Under the pieces are notes generated by a model. The model was not told where the DNA came from. It saw only the letters and a list, made by a program, of their open reading frames with translations, and did not search any database. From Aplysia californica (taxonomy: Eukaryota), in assembly GCF_000002075.1 (NCBI RefSeq), contig NW_004797614.1, positions 66,030 through 118,179 on the forward strand: a stretch of DNA of 52,150 nucleotides, given 5' to 3'. The position numbers were made by a program, and so were the translations under genes. This document shows positions 10,497-25,046 of the stretch, piece after piece; position 1 is the stretch's first letter; each line of letters opens with the position of its first letter.

Positions 10497-12018
10497 TTAC
10501 AGAGAGTCTATGATTACCCTGAACTGCTGAAAGCGCTCACGAAGGAATTCCAGGAGATGGCAGACTGAAAGTCGGAGTCGTGGGTTGTTCTGTACAAGCC
10601 TGTAGAGCACAAACCTGTGGAGTAAGCAAAAATACTAAGATAAATAATCGGCAACCTCAAGTGAAAGCAAGTATTCATATTATGGTAAATGGAAATTTCT
10701 GAATATTCTACGTAACAGACTACAAGTATGTATTTTCTTTAAAAAACCAACATATTACTATTTTATTTTTCATTTACAAGGAATCAACAGCACTCATCTA
10801 AAAGTAAAGAAAGCTGCATTGGGTTAGGATCAAAAGTAAAGAATGTCTCGTTACCTGAAGAAGCCCAAGAGCGGCATTAGGGTTCTGTCGGATTTCACAG
10901 CGTGCAGAAGATCCTCTCCATCGCGAGGTTTTCGTTTGAAGACAAGAAACCACAGCGTTGCTCCAAGTGCGTACGCGTCCGTCTGTAGAGAATAAGTGGA
11001 AAAAAGAGTTGGTCAATAGTGAGCAAATGGTTCCAAGCAACAGCATATTGCTGCAGTATACAAAGACCTTCAGGGAGCACACAGAAAAAAGAAAGGGAAA
11101 ATACAATTATCTACTAGTACGCAATAGTGACAAACAAGATTACACCAGACAAACCAAGAAAGGATGTTATGCATATTATAACCTAATAACAAAAGCCACA
11201 GCGCATTTACAATTTTAAAATAAAATTACTTGTTTACAACAGAATAAAAACATACAATAAATTTACAGCAGAAACAAAGCCACAAAAACATACCGACAGA
11301 CAAACAAACAAACCAAACATCAGGACAACTTTTACACAACATTAAACTTAAACAAATCAAACACGCAAATAAACAAGCTCACTAAGTAGAAAACTCTGCA
11401 GTTACTCACCAGAAAAGGATCTACGGTGATGTCAGTCTGGATCTCTGGAGCGAGATAGCCTTTTGTTCCGAGTACGTTCTTGCTGCTCACTCTGTTTTGT
11501 CCGTGTGCCAGAAGGCGGGACATTCCCAGGTCACCGAGAATAGCGTTGTTGGATTCATCCAGGAATACGTTGGCAGGCTTCACGTCCCCGTGTACAGCCC
11601 ACCTGTTGTGAAGATATCTCAGTGCACAGGCGGTCTGCACGAAGCAGCGCTCTAACTGCTCCCTGTTGAGACGGTGACGCGCATCATGCAAAGATCCTCG
11701 TGAGCACAGAGGCATGCAGATAGCTACAAAGTCCTTGCACTTTACTGCCCAGTCCATCTTCATGATGTGCGGATGCGAAGCGTAGTCCATGAAACTGATT
11801 TCGTGAAAAATCTCCAGCCAACTGTCCCGGCCTTGGCAGTCTGTGAGACGTATCTTCTTGATGGCCTTGCGAATGGAGTTGTCGTCTTCCATTGCCGCTT
11901 CCAGAACTTGAACCGGCGTGATCGTCTTCTGGCACAGAACGCGCACTTGCCTCATCTTCACGGATGACCAAAAGTCACCAGAAATGAACTTCACCAAAGG
12001 AACTGAAAAACTTTCCAT
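10497..12018 (-). CDS. Atypical protein kinase, copy 2 (284 aa)
   Basis: Exons 12018-11410, 10982-10855, 10614-10497; frame and splice sites intact. Confidence 0.9.
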
Positions 12019-14419
12019 ACTTGAAAATTCACGACAGATGTTGAGAAACGATACTCAGGCACACTGAAAAAGCAACGACCTCTCACTGTAAAAGCGTTAC
12101 GGTGAACTGGAGGATGTCCAGGTCGGCTGACTTTATATTCCCTGTTGCTCCTCCCTTTCCCCTATCACCGCCAATCAAAATCCTAGTAAGGTTCATGTCA
12201 AATGAAGGATTAACGAAGTGTGGCTAGTTGATTATGCGTAGTTGTTATTTACATGGCTAGAGTTTTTGTAACACCGACCGTGCTGTTGTCCAAGACGAAT
12301 AAAGACCTATTGTCTCCTTCTCCAAGGTGTGAAACAACATCACTGGAGGGTGAAACAACGCTGAAACGCCCTTTGTTGTCCAGTATTCACAACGTCTTCG
12401 TGTTGTTGGCTGCACGTTGCAATAGCGGCCAGCGTGTCATAAGGATTCCATTGAGCCAACTCTGCCCTGAGTATCAAAACAAATAAAAACACCCTGAAGC
12501 TACACGTGCTTACTAAAATCAACAACCTTTTGTCATCATTGAAATCCAAACAGTGAGGGTATGAGAGAGAGAGAGAGAGCGATGTTGGACAATACAGATA
12601 ATTAAGAGCAAGATAGTGTTCCGATACTATAATCTTGAGCATTAAATTCCTCACAAGAAAAGAAAATACTCACTTTAAAACTACATTTCAAGTTCCATAT
12701 CTAAAAGCAGAAATCTGTAGATTCTGTGTGGGTGCGTGTGTGTATGCGTATGCTTGAGTGTGTATGTGAGAGAATCGTGTGAGAGACGAGACTGAGAGTG
12801 GGTCTGCCTGTGAGTTTGTTTCTCTGTTTATTTTAGTGGTGAAAAAGTGAATTTCACAGAAAACGTAATGCTGATAAAAAATTTAAAAAACAACAACCTA
12901 ACTAACCAACGAAAACGAAGGACGGGCTTTTCAGAGTACGAATTGAGGGGAAAGTTTAACTAAGTAAACAGCACTTGGTGGGACTTGTTCTCCATATGAT
13001 ATAACAAAAACCAAACTTTTTAATCTTTACGCCGCTAAATTTTGTTACATTTTTTTCCGTTCGATGTTGGCTCACTGAGAGAAAGTCCCTGGAGCAAATG
13101 ATCTTTTAAAAAATGGGATACATGCTTTGGGCTAAAAAAATTTTTAAAAGGATTAACTCAGCCAGGTCAGTTTTTTATATTTAAAATAGTAGATGTTTCC
13201 GTGGCTAGCATTTTTCTGTGACTGATCGTGCTGTAGTCGAAAATGAATAAAGATCTATTGTTTCCATCTCCAAGATATGAAACAACATCGTCTCAGGGTA
13301 AAAAACCCACTGAAATGGCTTTTGTTGAAGTGTTTATAACATCTGGTTGTTGGTGGCTGTATGACGCAGTAGCGGCCAGCACATCATTTGGACTCCATTG
13401 AGAGTAGTCTTTTGTTGACGTTGAAATCAAAACAGTGAAGATTCAAGTCTTTTGTTGACGTTGAAATCAAAACAGTGAGGTTTGGCTAGAGGGAAATCGG
13501 ATGAACAACTAATGAAAATTAATTACTTGGAAAACTACATAATGAAAATTAATTACTTGGAAAACTACAAAGGATAGAATTCTTGATTCTGTATGGNNNN
13601 NNNNNNNNNNNNNNNNNNNNNNNNNNNNNNNNNNNNNNNNNNNNNNNNNNNNNNNNNNNNNNNNNNNNNNNNNNNNNNNNNNNNNNNNNNNNNNNNNNNN
13701 NNNNNNNNNNNNNNNNNNNNNNNNNNNNNNNNNNNNNNNNNNNNNNNNNNNNNTGGGAGATGTGTCTGGGAGATGTCGTTTGAAAGTTGAAAAAAGTCTG
13801 CCTGTAAGAAAACTGAACAACAGTTAGTAACAAAAACAGAATGAAAGGTGTTTTACAGAAAACTGAACAACAGTTAGTAACAAAAACAGAATGAAAGGTG
13901 CATCGTGTGACTTGTTCTCAAGGTTAAAGTAACCCAAACATCTTCACCCATTAATTCTTGACCTAAAAGTTTATAACCTTTGGATGCAAATGAAAGGATC
14001 CTTTTGAGTTAGGAGGAAGAAAATAATTCTGGGCCATATGGTTTGTGACATTCCTCAATCTCCAACAGTCTACGTCTGCACAATACTGTGAACTTGATCC
14101 ATTCCGTGGTTTTCCGATGTCTTATCTGTGGGTACATAGCGCTGCTGTTGAGAGCTTGGTTGTGTGGCACAACACATGTTTGTCCTGTGAACCTTTCTGC
14201 ATTTATGTATTTTGGTTGGGCTACGGGCATTCTAACCTTCCAACCTATTGGAGTTGAAATAATCCTTACCGTGTGATTTGGAGTGGTATTTGCACAACGC
14301 TACACTTCGAGCAGGAAACAAAAACATGTCTTAGTAATGAGATGCTATACAGACTTCTGAATGGAGTTACAAAACATACCGATGAAATAAAACTACATTG
14401 TTTTTTATGTTGGCATCAT

Positions 14420-14497
14420 CGCCTTTTCCCTCTCAGTTTCCACGGGCTTGGGACCGTCTCAGGGTACACTGTACACCGAGGCCTGATTAAAAAGACG
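14420..14497 (-). ncRNA. Twister ribozyme (type P1), copy 3
   Basis: Identical to copy 1. Confidence 0.9.
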
Positions 14498-15324
14498 GCG
14501 CTACCGAGCGCTCACGTCTGGGGTATGTTAGTTGTTAGTCAGTTTAAGAATGTTAGTGTTATGGGTTGGGTCAGTCAACAAATTGGATGTTAGAAATTAG
14601 TATATTTTGCTAATTAAAGTAAGTTATAGCTACAGTTTGCATTCTAGTGATTTAACGATTGAGTAGTTGTTATTGAAACAGCTGAAAAAAGACAAAACAA
14701 AGTAGCCGATTAAACCAAGCGCTGCCCCCACAGTGGCTGGAATAATTTCGGCTCGTTAGTAACACATTAATGAAAACACAGAAATGCACGTACAAGACAA
14801 GACATTTCAGTGTTAGATAAAATGGAAACTTTTTAGTTACTGTGAGACAACTATGTTAGTAAAGTAAAATAGAGAAAATGCTGTGTCCACTTCGTAGGTA
14901 GCAGGTCCCCCCTCAGCGGTAGTGAGGGTAACAACTCACCAGCAACATGTGTAAAGTCCTCGTCAACTCCCCATTACTCACATGATGACTTCAGCTGGTG
15001 ATGTACAGGCCCTGAGCTTGCCTTGGTGTGTCCAAGACACCTGCTTCCTGCCTCATTGAGTTTTCTGTTGGTTACGACAAACACGAGTGCAAAATATGTG
15101 TCGTTGGGTGGACAAATTTGTAAGTAAAGTAAAAGTTAAAGTAGTGTAGTACATTTCAAAAACCAAAATAGCAATTCAATTCAATTATTAGGTGAATTAG
15201 GTAAACGGAAATGGGTGAAATATAAGAAAACTAGAAACAACTTCAACACCATATTTTGTTAGAAAGTGCTAAAATGAAGAAAGAAAAGAGGAAAAAAAGT
15301 ATGCAAATACAGCACTTGCACTCG

Positions 15325-16847
15325 TTACAGAGAGTCTATGATTACCCTGAACTGCTGAAAGCGCTCACGAAGGAATTCCAGGAGATGGCAGACTGAAAGT
15401 CGGAGTCGTGGGTTGTTCTGTACAAGCCTGTAGAGCACAAACCTGTGGAGTAAGCAAAAATACTAAGATAAATAATCGGCAACCTCAAGTGAAAGCAAGT
15501 ATTCATATTATGGTAAATGGAAATTTCTGAATATTCTACGTAACAGACTACAAGTATGTATTTTCTTTAAAAAACCAACATATTACTATTTTATTTTTCA
15601 TTTACAAGGAATCAACAGCACTCATCTAAAAGTAAAGAAAGCTGCATTGGGTTAGGATCAAAAGTAAAGAATGTCTCGTTACCTGAAGAAGCCCAAGAGC
15701 GGCATTAGGGTTCTGTCGGATTTCACAGCGTGCAGAAGATCCTCTCCATCGCGAGGTTTTCGTTTGAAGACAAGAAACCACAGCGTTGCTCCAAGTGCGT
15801 ACGCGTCCGTCTGTAGAGAATAAGTGGAAAAAAGAGTTGGTCAATAGTGAGCAAATGGTTCCAAGCAACAGCATATTGCTGCAGTATACAAAGACCTTCA
15901 GGGAGCACACAGAAAAAAAGAAAGGGAAAATACAATTATCTACTAGTACGCAATAGTGACAAACAAGATTACACCAGACAAACAAAGAAAGGATGTTATG
16001 CATATTATAACCCAATAACAAAAGCCACAGCGCATTTACAATTTTAAAATAAAATTACTTGTTTACAACAGAATAAAAACATACAATAAATTTACAGCAG
16101 AAACAAAGCCACAAAAACATACCGACAGACAAACAAACAAACCAAACATCAGGACAACTTTTACACAACATTAAACTTAAACAAATCAAACACGCAAATA
16201 AACAAGCTCATTAAGTAGAAAACTCTGCAGTTACTCACCAGAAAAGGATCTACGGTGATGTCACTCTGGATCTCTGGAGCGAGATAGCCTTTTGTTCCGA
16301 GTACGTTCTTGCTGCTCACTTTGTTTTGTCCGTGTGCCAGAAGGCGGGACATTCCCAGGTCACCGAGAATAGCGTTGTTGGATTCATCCAGGAATACGTT
16401 GGCAGGCTTCACGTCCCCGTGTACAGCCCACCTGTTGTGAAGATATCTCAGTGCACAGGCGGTCTGCACGAAGCAGCGCTCTAACTGCTCCCTGTTGAGA
16501 CGGTGACGCGCATCATGCAAAGATCCTCGTGAGCACAGAGGCATGCAGATAGCTACAAAGTCCTTGCACTTTACTGCCCAGTCCATCTTCATGATGTGCG
16601 GATGCGAAGCGTAGTCCATGAAGCTGATTTCGTGAAAAATCTCCAGCCAACTGTCCCGGCCTTGGCAGTCTGTGAGACGTATCTTCTTGATGGCCTTGCG
16701 AATGGAGTTGTCGTCTTCCATTGCCGCTTCTAGAACTTGAACCGGCGTGATCGTCTTCTGGCACAGAACGCGCACTTGCCTCATCTTCACGGATGACCAA
16801 AAGTCACCAGAAATGAACTTCACCAAAGGAACTGAAAAACTTTCCAT
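15325..16847 (-). CDS. Atypical protein kinase, copy 3 (284 aa)
   Basis: Exons 16847-16239, 15810-15683, 15442-15325; carries the QNKVSS and EIQSD variants. Confidence 0.9.
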
Positions 16848-19291
16848 ACTTGAAAATTCACGACAGATGAGAAACGATACTCAGGCACACTGAAAAAGCA
16901 ACGACCTCTCACTGTAAAAGCGTTACGGTGAACTGGAGGATGTCCAGGTCTGCTGACTTTATATTCCCTGTTGCTCCTCCCTTTCCCCTATCACCGCCAA
17001 TCAAAATCCTAGTAAGGTTCATGTCAAATGAAGGATTAACAAAGTGTGGATAGTTGATTATGCGTAGTTGTTATTTACATGGCTAGAGTTTTTGTAACAT
17101 CCATTGTGCTGATGTCCAAGACGAATAAAGACCTATTGTTTCCTTCTCCAAGGTGTGAAACAACATCACTGGAGGGTGAAACAACGCTGAAACGGCCTTT
17201 GTTGTCCAGTATTCACAACGTCTTCGTGTTGTTGGCTGCATGTTGCAATAGCGGCCAGCGTGTCATAAGGATTCCATTGAGCCAACTCTGCCCTGAGTAT
17301 CAAAACAAATAAAAACACCCTGAAGCTACACGTGCTTACTAAAATCAACAACCTTTTGTCATCATTGAAATCCAAACAGTGAGGGTATGAGAGAGAGAGA
17401 AGAGAGAGAGAGCGATGTTGGACAATACAGATAATTAAGAGCAAGATAGTGTTCCGATACTATAATCTTGAGCATTAAATTCCTCACAAGAAAAGAAAAT
17501 ACTCACTTTAAAACTACATTTCAAGTTCCATATCTAAAAGCAGAAATCTGTAGATTCTGTGTGGGTGCGTGTGTGTATGCGTATGCTTGAGTGTGTATGT
17601 GAGAGAATCGTGTGAGAGACGAGACTGAGAGTGGGTCTGCCTGTGAGTTTGTTTCTCTGTTTATTTTAGTGGTGAAAAAGTGAATTTCACAGAAAACGTA
17701 ATGCTGATAAAAATTTAAAAAACAACAACCTAACTAACCAACGAAAACGAAGGACGGGCTTTTCAGAGTACGAATTGAGGGGAAAGTTTAACTAAGTAAA
17801 CAGCACTTGGTGGGACTTGTTCTCCATATGATATAACAAAAACCAAACTTTTTAATCTTTACGCCGCTAAATTTTGTTGCATTTTTTCCGTTCGATGTTG
17901 GCTCACTGAGAGAAAGTCCCTGGAGCAAATGATCTTTTAAAAAATGGGATACATGCTTTGGGCTAAAAAAAATTTTAAAAGGATTAACTCAGCCAGGTCA
18001 GTTTTTTATATTTAAAATAGTAGATGTTTCCGTGGCTAGCATTTTTCTGTGACTGATCGTGCTGTAGTCGAAAATGAATAAAGATCTATTGTTTCCATCT
18101 CCAAGATATGAAACAACATCGTCTCAGGGTAAAAAACCCACTGAAATGGCTTTTGTTGAAGTGTTTATAACATCTGGTTGTTGGTGGCTGTATGACGCAG
18201 TAGCGGCCAGCACATCATTTGGACTCCATTGAGAGTACTCTGTTATAGCAGGTATTAAAAAAATACGCTCAAGATTCAAGTCTTTTGTTGACGTTGAAAT
18301 CAAAACAGTGAGGTTTGGCTAGAGGGAAATCGGCAGAACAAATTAATGAGCAAAGTAATAGGCAGCTCCCAGAATTTTGAGTAAGAAATTACTTACAACT
18401 AATGAAAATTAATTACTTGGAAAACTACATTTCAGCTCCANNNNNNNNNNNNNNNNNNNNNNNNNNNNNNNNNNNNNNNNNNNNNNNNNNNNNNNNNNNN
18501 NNNNNNNNNNNNNNNNNNNNNNNNNNNNNNNNNNNNNNNNNNNNNNNNNNNNNNNNNNNNNNNNNNNNNNNNNNNNNNNNNNNTGGGAGATGTCGTTTGA
18601 AAGTTGAAAAAAGTCTGCCTGTAAGTATGCATCTGTGTCAATTTTCTGTGAGAGGCTGATAAGGAAATTTTACAGAAAACTGAACAACAGTTAGTAACAA
18701 AAACAGAATGAAAGGTGTTTTAGAGGACAACACGAGGGAATAGCTTAATTAAGTGATCAAGGGAACTGCACATCGCGTGACTTGTTCTCAAGGTTAAAGT
18801 AACCCAAACATCTTCACCCATTAATTCTTTACCTAAAAGTTTATAACCCTTGGATGCAAATGAAAGGATCCTTTTGAGTTAGGAGGAAAAAAATAATTCT
18901 GGGCCATATGGTTTGTGACATTCCTCAATCTCCAACAGTCTACGTCTGCACGATACTGTGAACTCGATCCATTCCGTGGTTTTCCGATGTCTTATCTGTG
19001 GGTACATAGCGCTGCTGTTGAGAGCTTGGTTGTGTGGCACAACACATGTTTGTCCTGTGAACCTTTCTGCATTTATGTATTTTGGTTGGGCTACGGGCAT
19101 TCTAACCTTCCAACCTATTGGAGTTGAAATAATCCTTACCGTGTGATTTGGAGTGGTATTTGCACAACGCTACACTTCGAGCAGGAAACAAAAACATGTA
19201 TTAGTAATGAGATGCCATACAGACTTCTGAATGGAGTTACAAAACATACCGATGAAATAAAACTACTTTGTTTTTTTTGTGTTGGCATCAT

Positions 19292-19369
19292 CGCCTTTTC
19301 CCTCTCAGTTTCCACGGGCTTGGGACCGTCTCAGGGTACACTGTACACCGAGGCCTGATTAAAAAGACG
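19292..19369 (-). ncRNA. Twister ribozyme (type P1), copy 4
   Basis: Identical to copy 1. Confidence 0.9.
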
Positions 19370-20196
19370 GCGCTACCGAGCGCTCACGTCTGGGGTATGT
19401 TAGTTGTTAGTCAGTTTAAGAATGTTAGTTTTATGGGTTGGGTCAGTCAACAAATTGGATGTTAGAAATTAGTCTATTTTGTTAATTAAAGTAAGTTATA
19501 GCTACAGTTTGCATTCTATTGATTTAACGATTGAGTAGTTGTTATTGAAACAGCTGGAAAAAGACAAAACAAAGTAGCCGATTAAACCAAGCGCTGCCCC
19601 CACAGTGGCTGGAATAATTTCGGCTCGTTAGTAACACATTAATGAAAACACAGAAATGCACGTACGAGACAAGACATTTCAGAGTTAGATAAAATGGAAA
19701 CTTTTTAGTTACTGTGAGACAACTATGTTAGTAAAGTAAAATAGAGAAAATGCTGTGTCCACTTCGTAGATAGCAGGTCCCCCCTCAGCGGTAGTGAGGG
19801 TAACAAATCACCAGCAGCATGTGTAAAGTCCTCGTCAACTCCCCATTACTCACATGATGACTTCAGCTGGTGATGTACAGGCCCTGAGCTTGCCTTGGTG
19901 TGTCCAAGACACCTGCTTCCTGCCTCATTGAGTTTTCTGTTGGTTACGACAAACACGAGTGCAAAATATGTGTCGTTGAGTGGACAAATTTGTAAGTAAA
20001 CTAAAAGTTAAAGTAGTGTAGTACATTTCAAAAACCAAAATAGCAATTCAATTCAATTATTAGGTGAATTAGGTAAACGGAAATGGGTGAAATATAAGAA
20101 AACTAGAAACAACTTCAACACCATATTTTGTTAGAAAGTGCTAAAATGAAGAAAGAAAAGAGGAAAAAAAGTATGCAAATACAGCACTTGCACTCG

Positions 20197-21720
20197 TTAC
20201 AGAGAGTCTATGATTACCCTGAACTGCTGAAAGCGCTCACGAAGGAATTCCAGGAGATGGCAGACTGAAAGTCGGAGTCGTGGGTTGTTCTGTACAAGCC
20301 TGTAGAGCACAAACCTGTGGAGTAAGCAAAAATACTCAGATAAATAATCGGCAACATCAAGTGAAAGCAAGTATTCATATTATGGTAAATGGAAATTTCT
20401 GAATATTCTACGTAACAGACTACAAGTATGTATTTTCTTTAAAAAACCAACATATTACTATTTTATTTTTCATTTACAAGGAATCAACAGCACTCATCTA
20501 AAAGTAAAGAAAGCTGCATTGGGTTAGGATCCAAAGTAAAGAATGTCTCGTTACCTGAAGAAGCCCAAGAGCGGCATTAGGGTTCTGTCGGATTTCACAG
20601 CGTGCAGAAGATCCTCTCCATCGCGAGGTTTTCGTTTGAAGACAAGAAACCACAGCGTTGCTCCAAGTGCGTACGCGTCCGTCTGTAGAGAATAAGTGGA
20701 AAAAAGAGTTGGTCAATAGTGAGCAAATGGTTCCAAGCAACAGCATATTGCTGCAGTATACAAAGACCTTCAGGGAGCACGCAGAAAAAAAAGAAAGGGA
20801 AAATACAATTATCTACTAGCACGCAATAGTGACAAACAAGATTACACCAGACAAACAAAGAAAGGATGTTATGCATATTATAACCCAATAACAAAAACCA
20901 CAGCGCATTTACAATTTTTAAATAAAATTACTTGTTTACAACAGAATAAAAACATACAATAAATTTACAGCAGAAACAAAGCCACAAAAACATACCGACA
21001 GACAAACAAACAAACCAAACATCAGGACAACTTTTACACAACATTAAACTTAAACAAATCAAACACGCAAATAAACAAGCTCACTAAGTAGAAAACTCTG
21101 CAGTTACTCACCAGAAAAGGATCTACGGTGATGTCACTCTGGATCTCTGGAGCGAGATAGCCTTTTGTTCCGAGTACGTTCTTGCTGCTCACTCTGTTTT
21201 GTCCGTGCGCCAGAAGGCGGGACATTCCCAGGTCACCGAGAATAGCGTTGTTGGATTCATCCAGGAATACGTTGGCAGGCTTCACGTCCCCGTGTACAGC
21301 CCACCTGTTGTGAAGATATCTCAGTGCACAGGCGGTCTGCACGAAGCAGCGCTCTAACTGCTCCCTGTTGAGACGGTGACGCGCATCATGCAAAGATCCT
21401 CGTGAGCACAGAGGCATGCAGATAGCTACAAAGTCCTTGCACTTTACTGCCCAGTCCATCTTCATGATGTGCGGATGCGAAGCGTAGTCCATGAAACTGA
21501 TTTCGTGAAAAATCTCCAGCCAACTGTCCCGGCCTTGGCAGTCTGTGAGACGTATCTTCTTGATGGCCTTGCGAATGGAGTTGTCGTCTTCCATTGCCGC
21601 TTCCAGAACTTGAACCGGCGTGATCGTCTTCTGGCACAGAACACGCACTTGCCTCATCTTCACGGATGACCAAAAGTCACCAGAAATGAACTTCACCAAA
21701 GGAACTGAAAAACTTTCCAT
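20197..21720 (-). CDS. Atypical protein kinase, copy 4 (284 aa)
   Basis: Exons 21720-21112, 20682-20555, 20314-20197. Confidence 0.9.
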
Positions 21721-24141
21721 ACTTGAAAATTCACGACAGATGTTGAGAAACGATACTCAGGCACACTGAAAAAGCAACGACCTCTCACTGTAAAAGCGTT
21801 ACGGTGAACTGGAGGATGTCCAGGTCTGCTGACTTTATATTCCCTGTTGCTCCTCCCTTTCCCCTATCACCGCCAATCAAAATCCTAGTAAGGTTCATGT
21901 CAAATGAAGGATTAACAAAGTGTGGATAGTTGATTATGCGTAGTTGTTATTTACATGGCTAGAGTTTTTGTAACATCGATTGTGCTGATGTCCAAGACGA
22001 ATAAAGACCTATTGTTTCCTTCTCCAAGGTGTGAAACAACATCACTGGAGGGGGAAACAACGCTGAAACGGCCTTTGTTGTCCAGTATTCACAACGTCTT
22101 CGTGTTGTTGGCTGCACGTTGCAATAGCGGCCAGCGTGTCATAAGGATTCCATTGAGCCAACTCTGCCCTGAGTATCAAAACAAATAAAAACACCCTGAA
22201 GCTACACGTGCTTACTAAAATCAACAACCTTTTGTCATCATTGAAATCCAAACAGTGAGGGTATGAGAGAGAGAGAGAGAGCGATGTTGGACAATACAGA
22301 TAATTAAGAGCAAGATAGTGTTCCGATACTATAATCTTGAGCATTAAATTCCTCACAAGAAAAGAAAATACTCACTTTAAAACTACATTTCAAGTTCCAT
22401 ATCTAAAAGCAGAAATCTGTAGATTCTGTGTGGGTGCGTGTGTGTATGCGTATGCTTGAGTGTGTATGTGAGAGAATCGTGTGAGAGACGAGACTGAGAG
22501 TGGGTCTGCCTGTGAGTTTGTTTCTCTGTTTATTTTAGTGGTGAAAAAGTGAATTTCACAGAAAACGTAATGCTGGTAAAAATTAAAAAAAAAAACAACC
22601 TAACTAACCAACGAAAACGAAGGACGGGCTTTTCAGAGTACGAATTGAGGGGAAAGTTTAACTAAGTAAACAGCACTTGGTGGGACTTGTTCTCCATATG
22701 ATATAACAAAAACCAAACTTTTTAATCTTTACGCCGCTAAATTTTGTTGCATTTTTTTCCGTTCGATGTTGGCTCACTGAGAGAAAGTCCCTGGAGCAAA
22801 TGATGTTTTAAAAAATGGGATACATGCTTTGGGCGAAAATTTTTTTAAAAAAGGATTAACTCAGCCAGGTCAGTTTTTTATATTTTAAATAGTAGATGTT
22901 TCCGTGGCTAGCATTTTTCTGTGACTGATCGTGCTGTAGTCGAAAATGAATAAAGATCTATTGTTTCCATCTCCAAGATATGAAACAACATCGTCTCAGG
23001 GTAAAAAACCCACTGAAATGGCTTTTGTTGAAGTGTTTATAACATCTGGTTGTTGGTGGCTGTATGACGCAGTAGCGGCCAGCACATCATTTGGACTCCA
23101 TTGAGAGTACTCTGTTATAGCAGGTATTAAAAAAATACGCTCAAGATTCAAGTCTTTTGTTGACGTTGAAATCAAAACAGTGAGGTTTGGCTAGAGGGAA
23201 ATCGGCAGAACAAATTAATGAGCAAGGTAATAGGCAGCTCCCAGAATTTTGAGTAAGAAATTACTTACAACTAATGAAAATTAATTACTTGGAAAACTAC
23301 ATTTCAGCTCCATGACAAAAAGGATAGAATTCTTGNNNNNNNNNNNNNNNNNNNNNNNNNNNNNNNNNNNNNNNNNNNNNNNNNNNNNNNNNNNNNNNNN
23401 NNNNNNNNNNNNNNNNNNNNNNNNNNNNNNNNNNNNNNNNNNNNNNNNNNNNNNNNNNNNNNNNNNNNNNNNNNNAAAAGTCTGCCTGTAAGTATGCATC
23501 TCATCTGTGTCAATTTTCTGTGAGAGGCTGATAAGGAAATTTTACAGAAAATTTTACAGAAAACTGAACAACAGTTAGTAAGAGGACAACACGAGGGGTG
23601 TTTTAGAGGACAACACGAGGGAATAGCTTAATTAAGTGATCAAGGGAACTGCACATCGCGTGACTTGTTCTCAATTAAAGTAACCCAAACATCTTCACCC
23701 ATTGGATGCAAATGAAAGGATCCTTTTGAGTTAGGAGGAAGAAAATAATTCTGGGCCATATGGTTTGTGACATTCCTCAATCTCCAACAGTCTACGTCTG
23801 CACGATACTGTGAACTTGATCCATTCCGTGGTTTTCCGATGTCTTATCTGTGGGTACATAGCGCTGCTGTTGAGAGCTTGGTTGTGTGGCACAATACATG
23901 TTTGTCCTGTGAACCTTTCTGCATTTATGTATTTTGATTGGGCGACGGGCATTCTAACCTTCCTACCTATTGGAGTTGAAATAATCCTTACCGTGTGATT
24001 TGGAGTGGTATTTGCACAACGCTACACTTCGAGCAGGAAACAAAAACATGTCTTAGTAATGAGATGCTATACAGACTTCTGAATGGAGTTACAAAACATA
24101 CCGATGAAATAAAACTACTTTGTTTTTTATGTTGGCATCAT

Positions 24142-24219
24142 CGCCTTTTCCCTCTCAGTTTCCACGGGCTTGGGACCGTCTCAGGGTACACTGTACACCG
24201 AGGCCTGATTAAAAAGACG
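24142..24219 (-). ncRNA. Twister ribozyme (type P1), copy 5
   Basis: Identical to copy 1. Confidence 0.9.
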
Positions 24220-25046
24220 GCGCTACCGAGCGCTCACGTCTGGGGTATGTTAGTTGTTAGTCAGTTTAAGAATGTTAGTGTTATGGGTTGGGTCAGTCAA
24301 CAAATTGGATGTTAGAAATTAGTACATTTTGCTAATTAAAGTAAGTTATAGCTACAGTTTGCATTCTAGTGATTTAACGATTGAGTAGTTGTTATTGAAA
24401 CAGCTGAAAAAAGACAAAACAAAGTAGCCGATTAAACCAAGCGCTGCCCCCACAGTGGCTGGAATAATTTCGGCTCGTTAGTAACACATTAATGAAAACA
24501 CAGAAATGCACGTACGAGACAAGACATTTCAGAGTTAGATAAAATGGAAACTTTTTAGTTACTGTGAGACAACTATGTTAGTAAAGTAAAATAGAGAAAA
24601 TGCTGTGTCCACTTCGTAGGTAGCAGGTCCCCCCTCAGCGGTAGTGAGGGTAACAACTCACCAGCAACATGTGTAAAGTCCTCGTCAACTCCCCATTACT
24701 CACATGATGACTTCAGCTGGTGATGTACAGGCCCTGAGCTTGCCTTGGTGTGTCCAAGACACCTGCTTCCTGCCTCATTGAGTTTTCTGTCGGTTAAGAC
24801 AAACACGAGTGCAAAATATGTGTCGTTGGGTGGACAAATTTGTAAGTAAACTAAAAGTTAAAGCAGTGTAGTACATTTCAAAAACCAAAATAGCAATTCA
24901 ATTCAATTATTAGGTGAATTAGGTAAACGGAAATGGGTGAAATATAAGAAAACTAGAAACAACTTCAACACCATATTTTGTTAGAAAGTGCTAAAATGAA
25001 GAAAGAAAAGAGGAAAAAAAGTATGCAAATACAGCACTTGCACTCG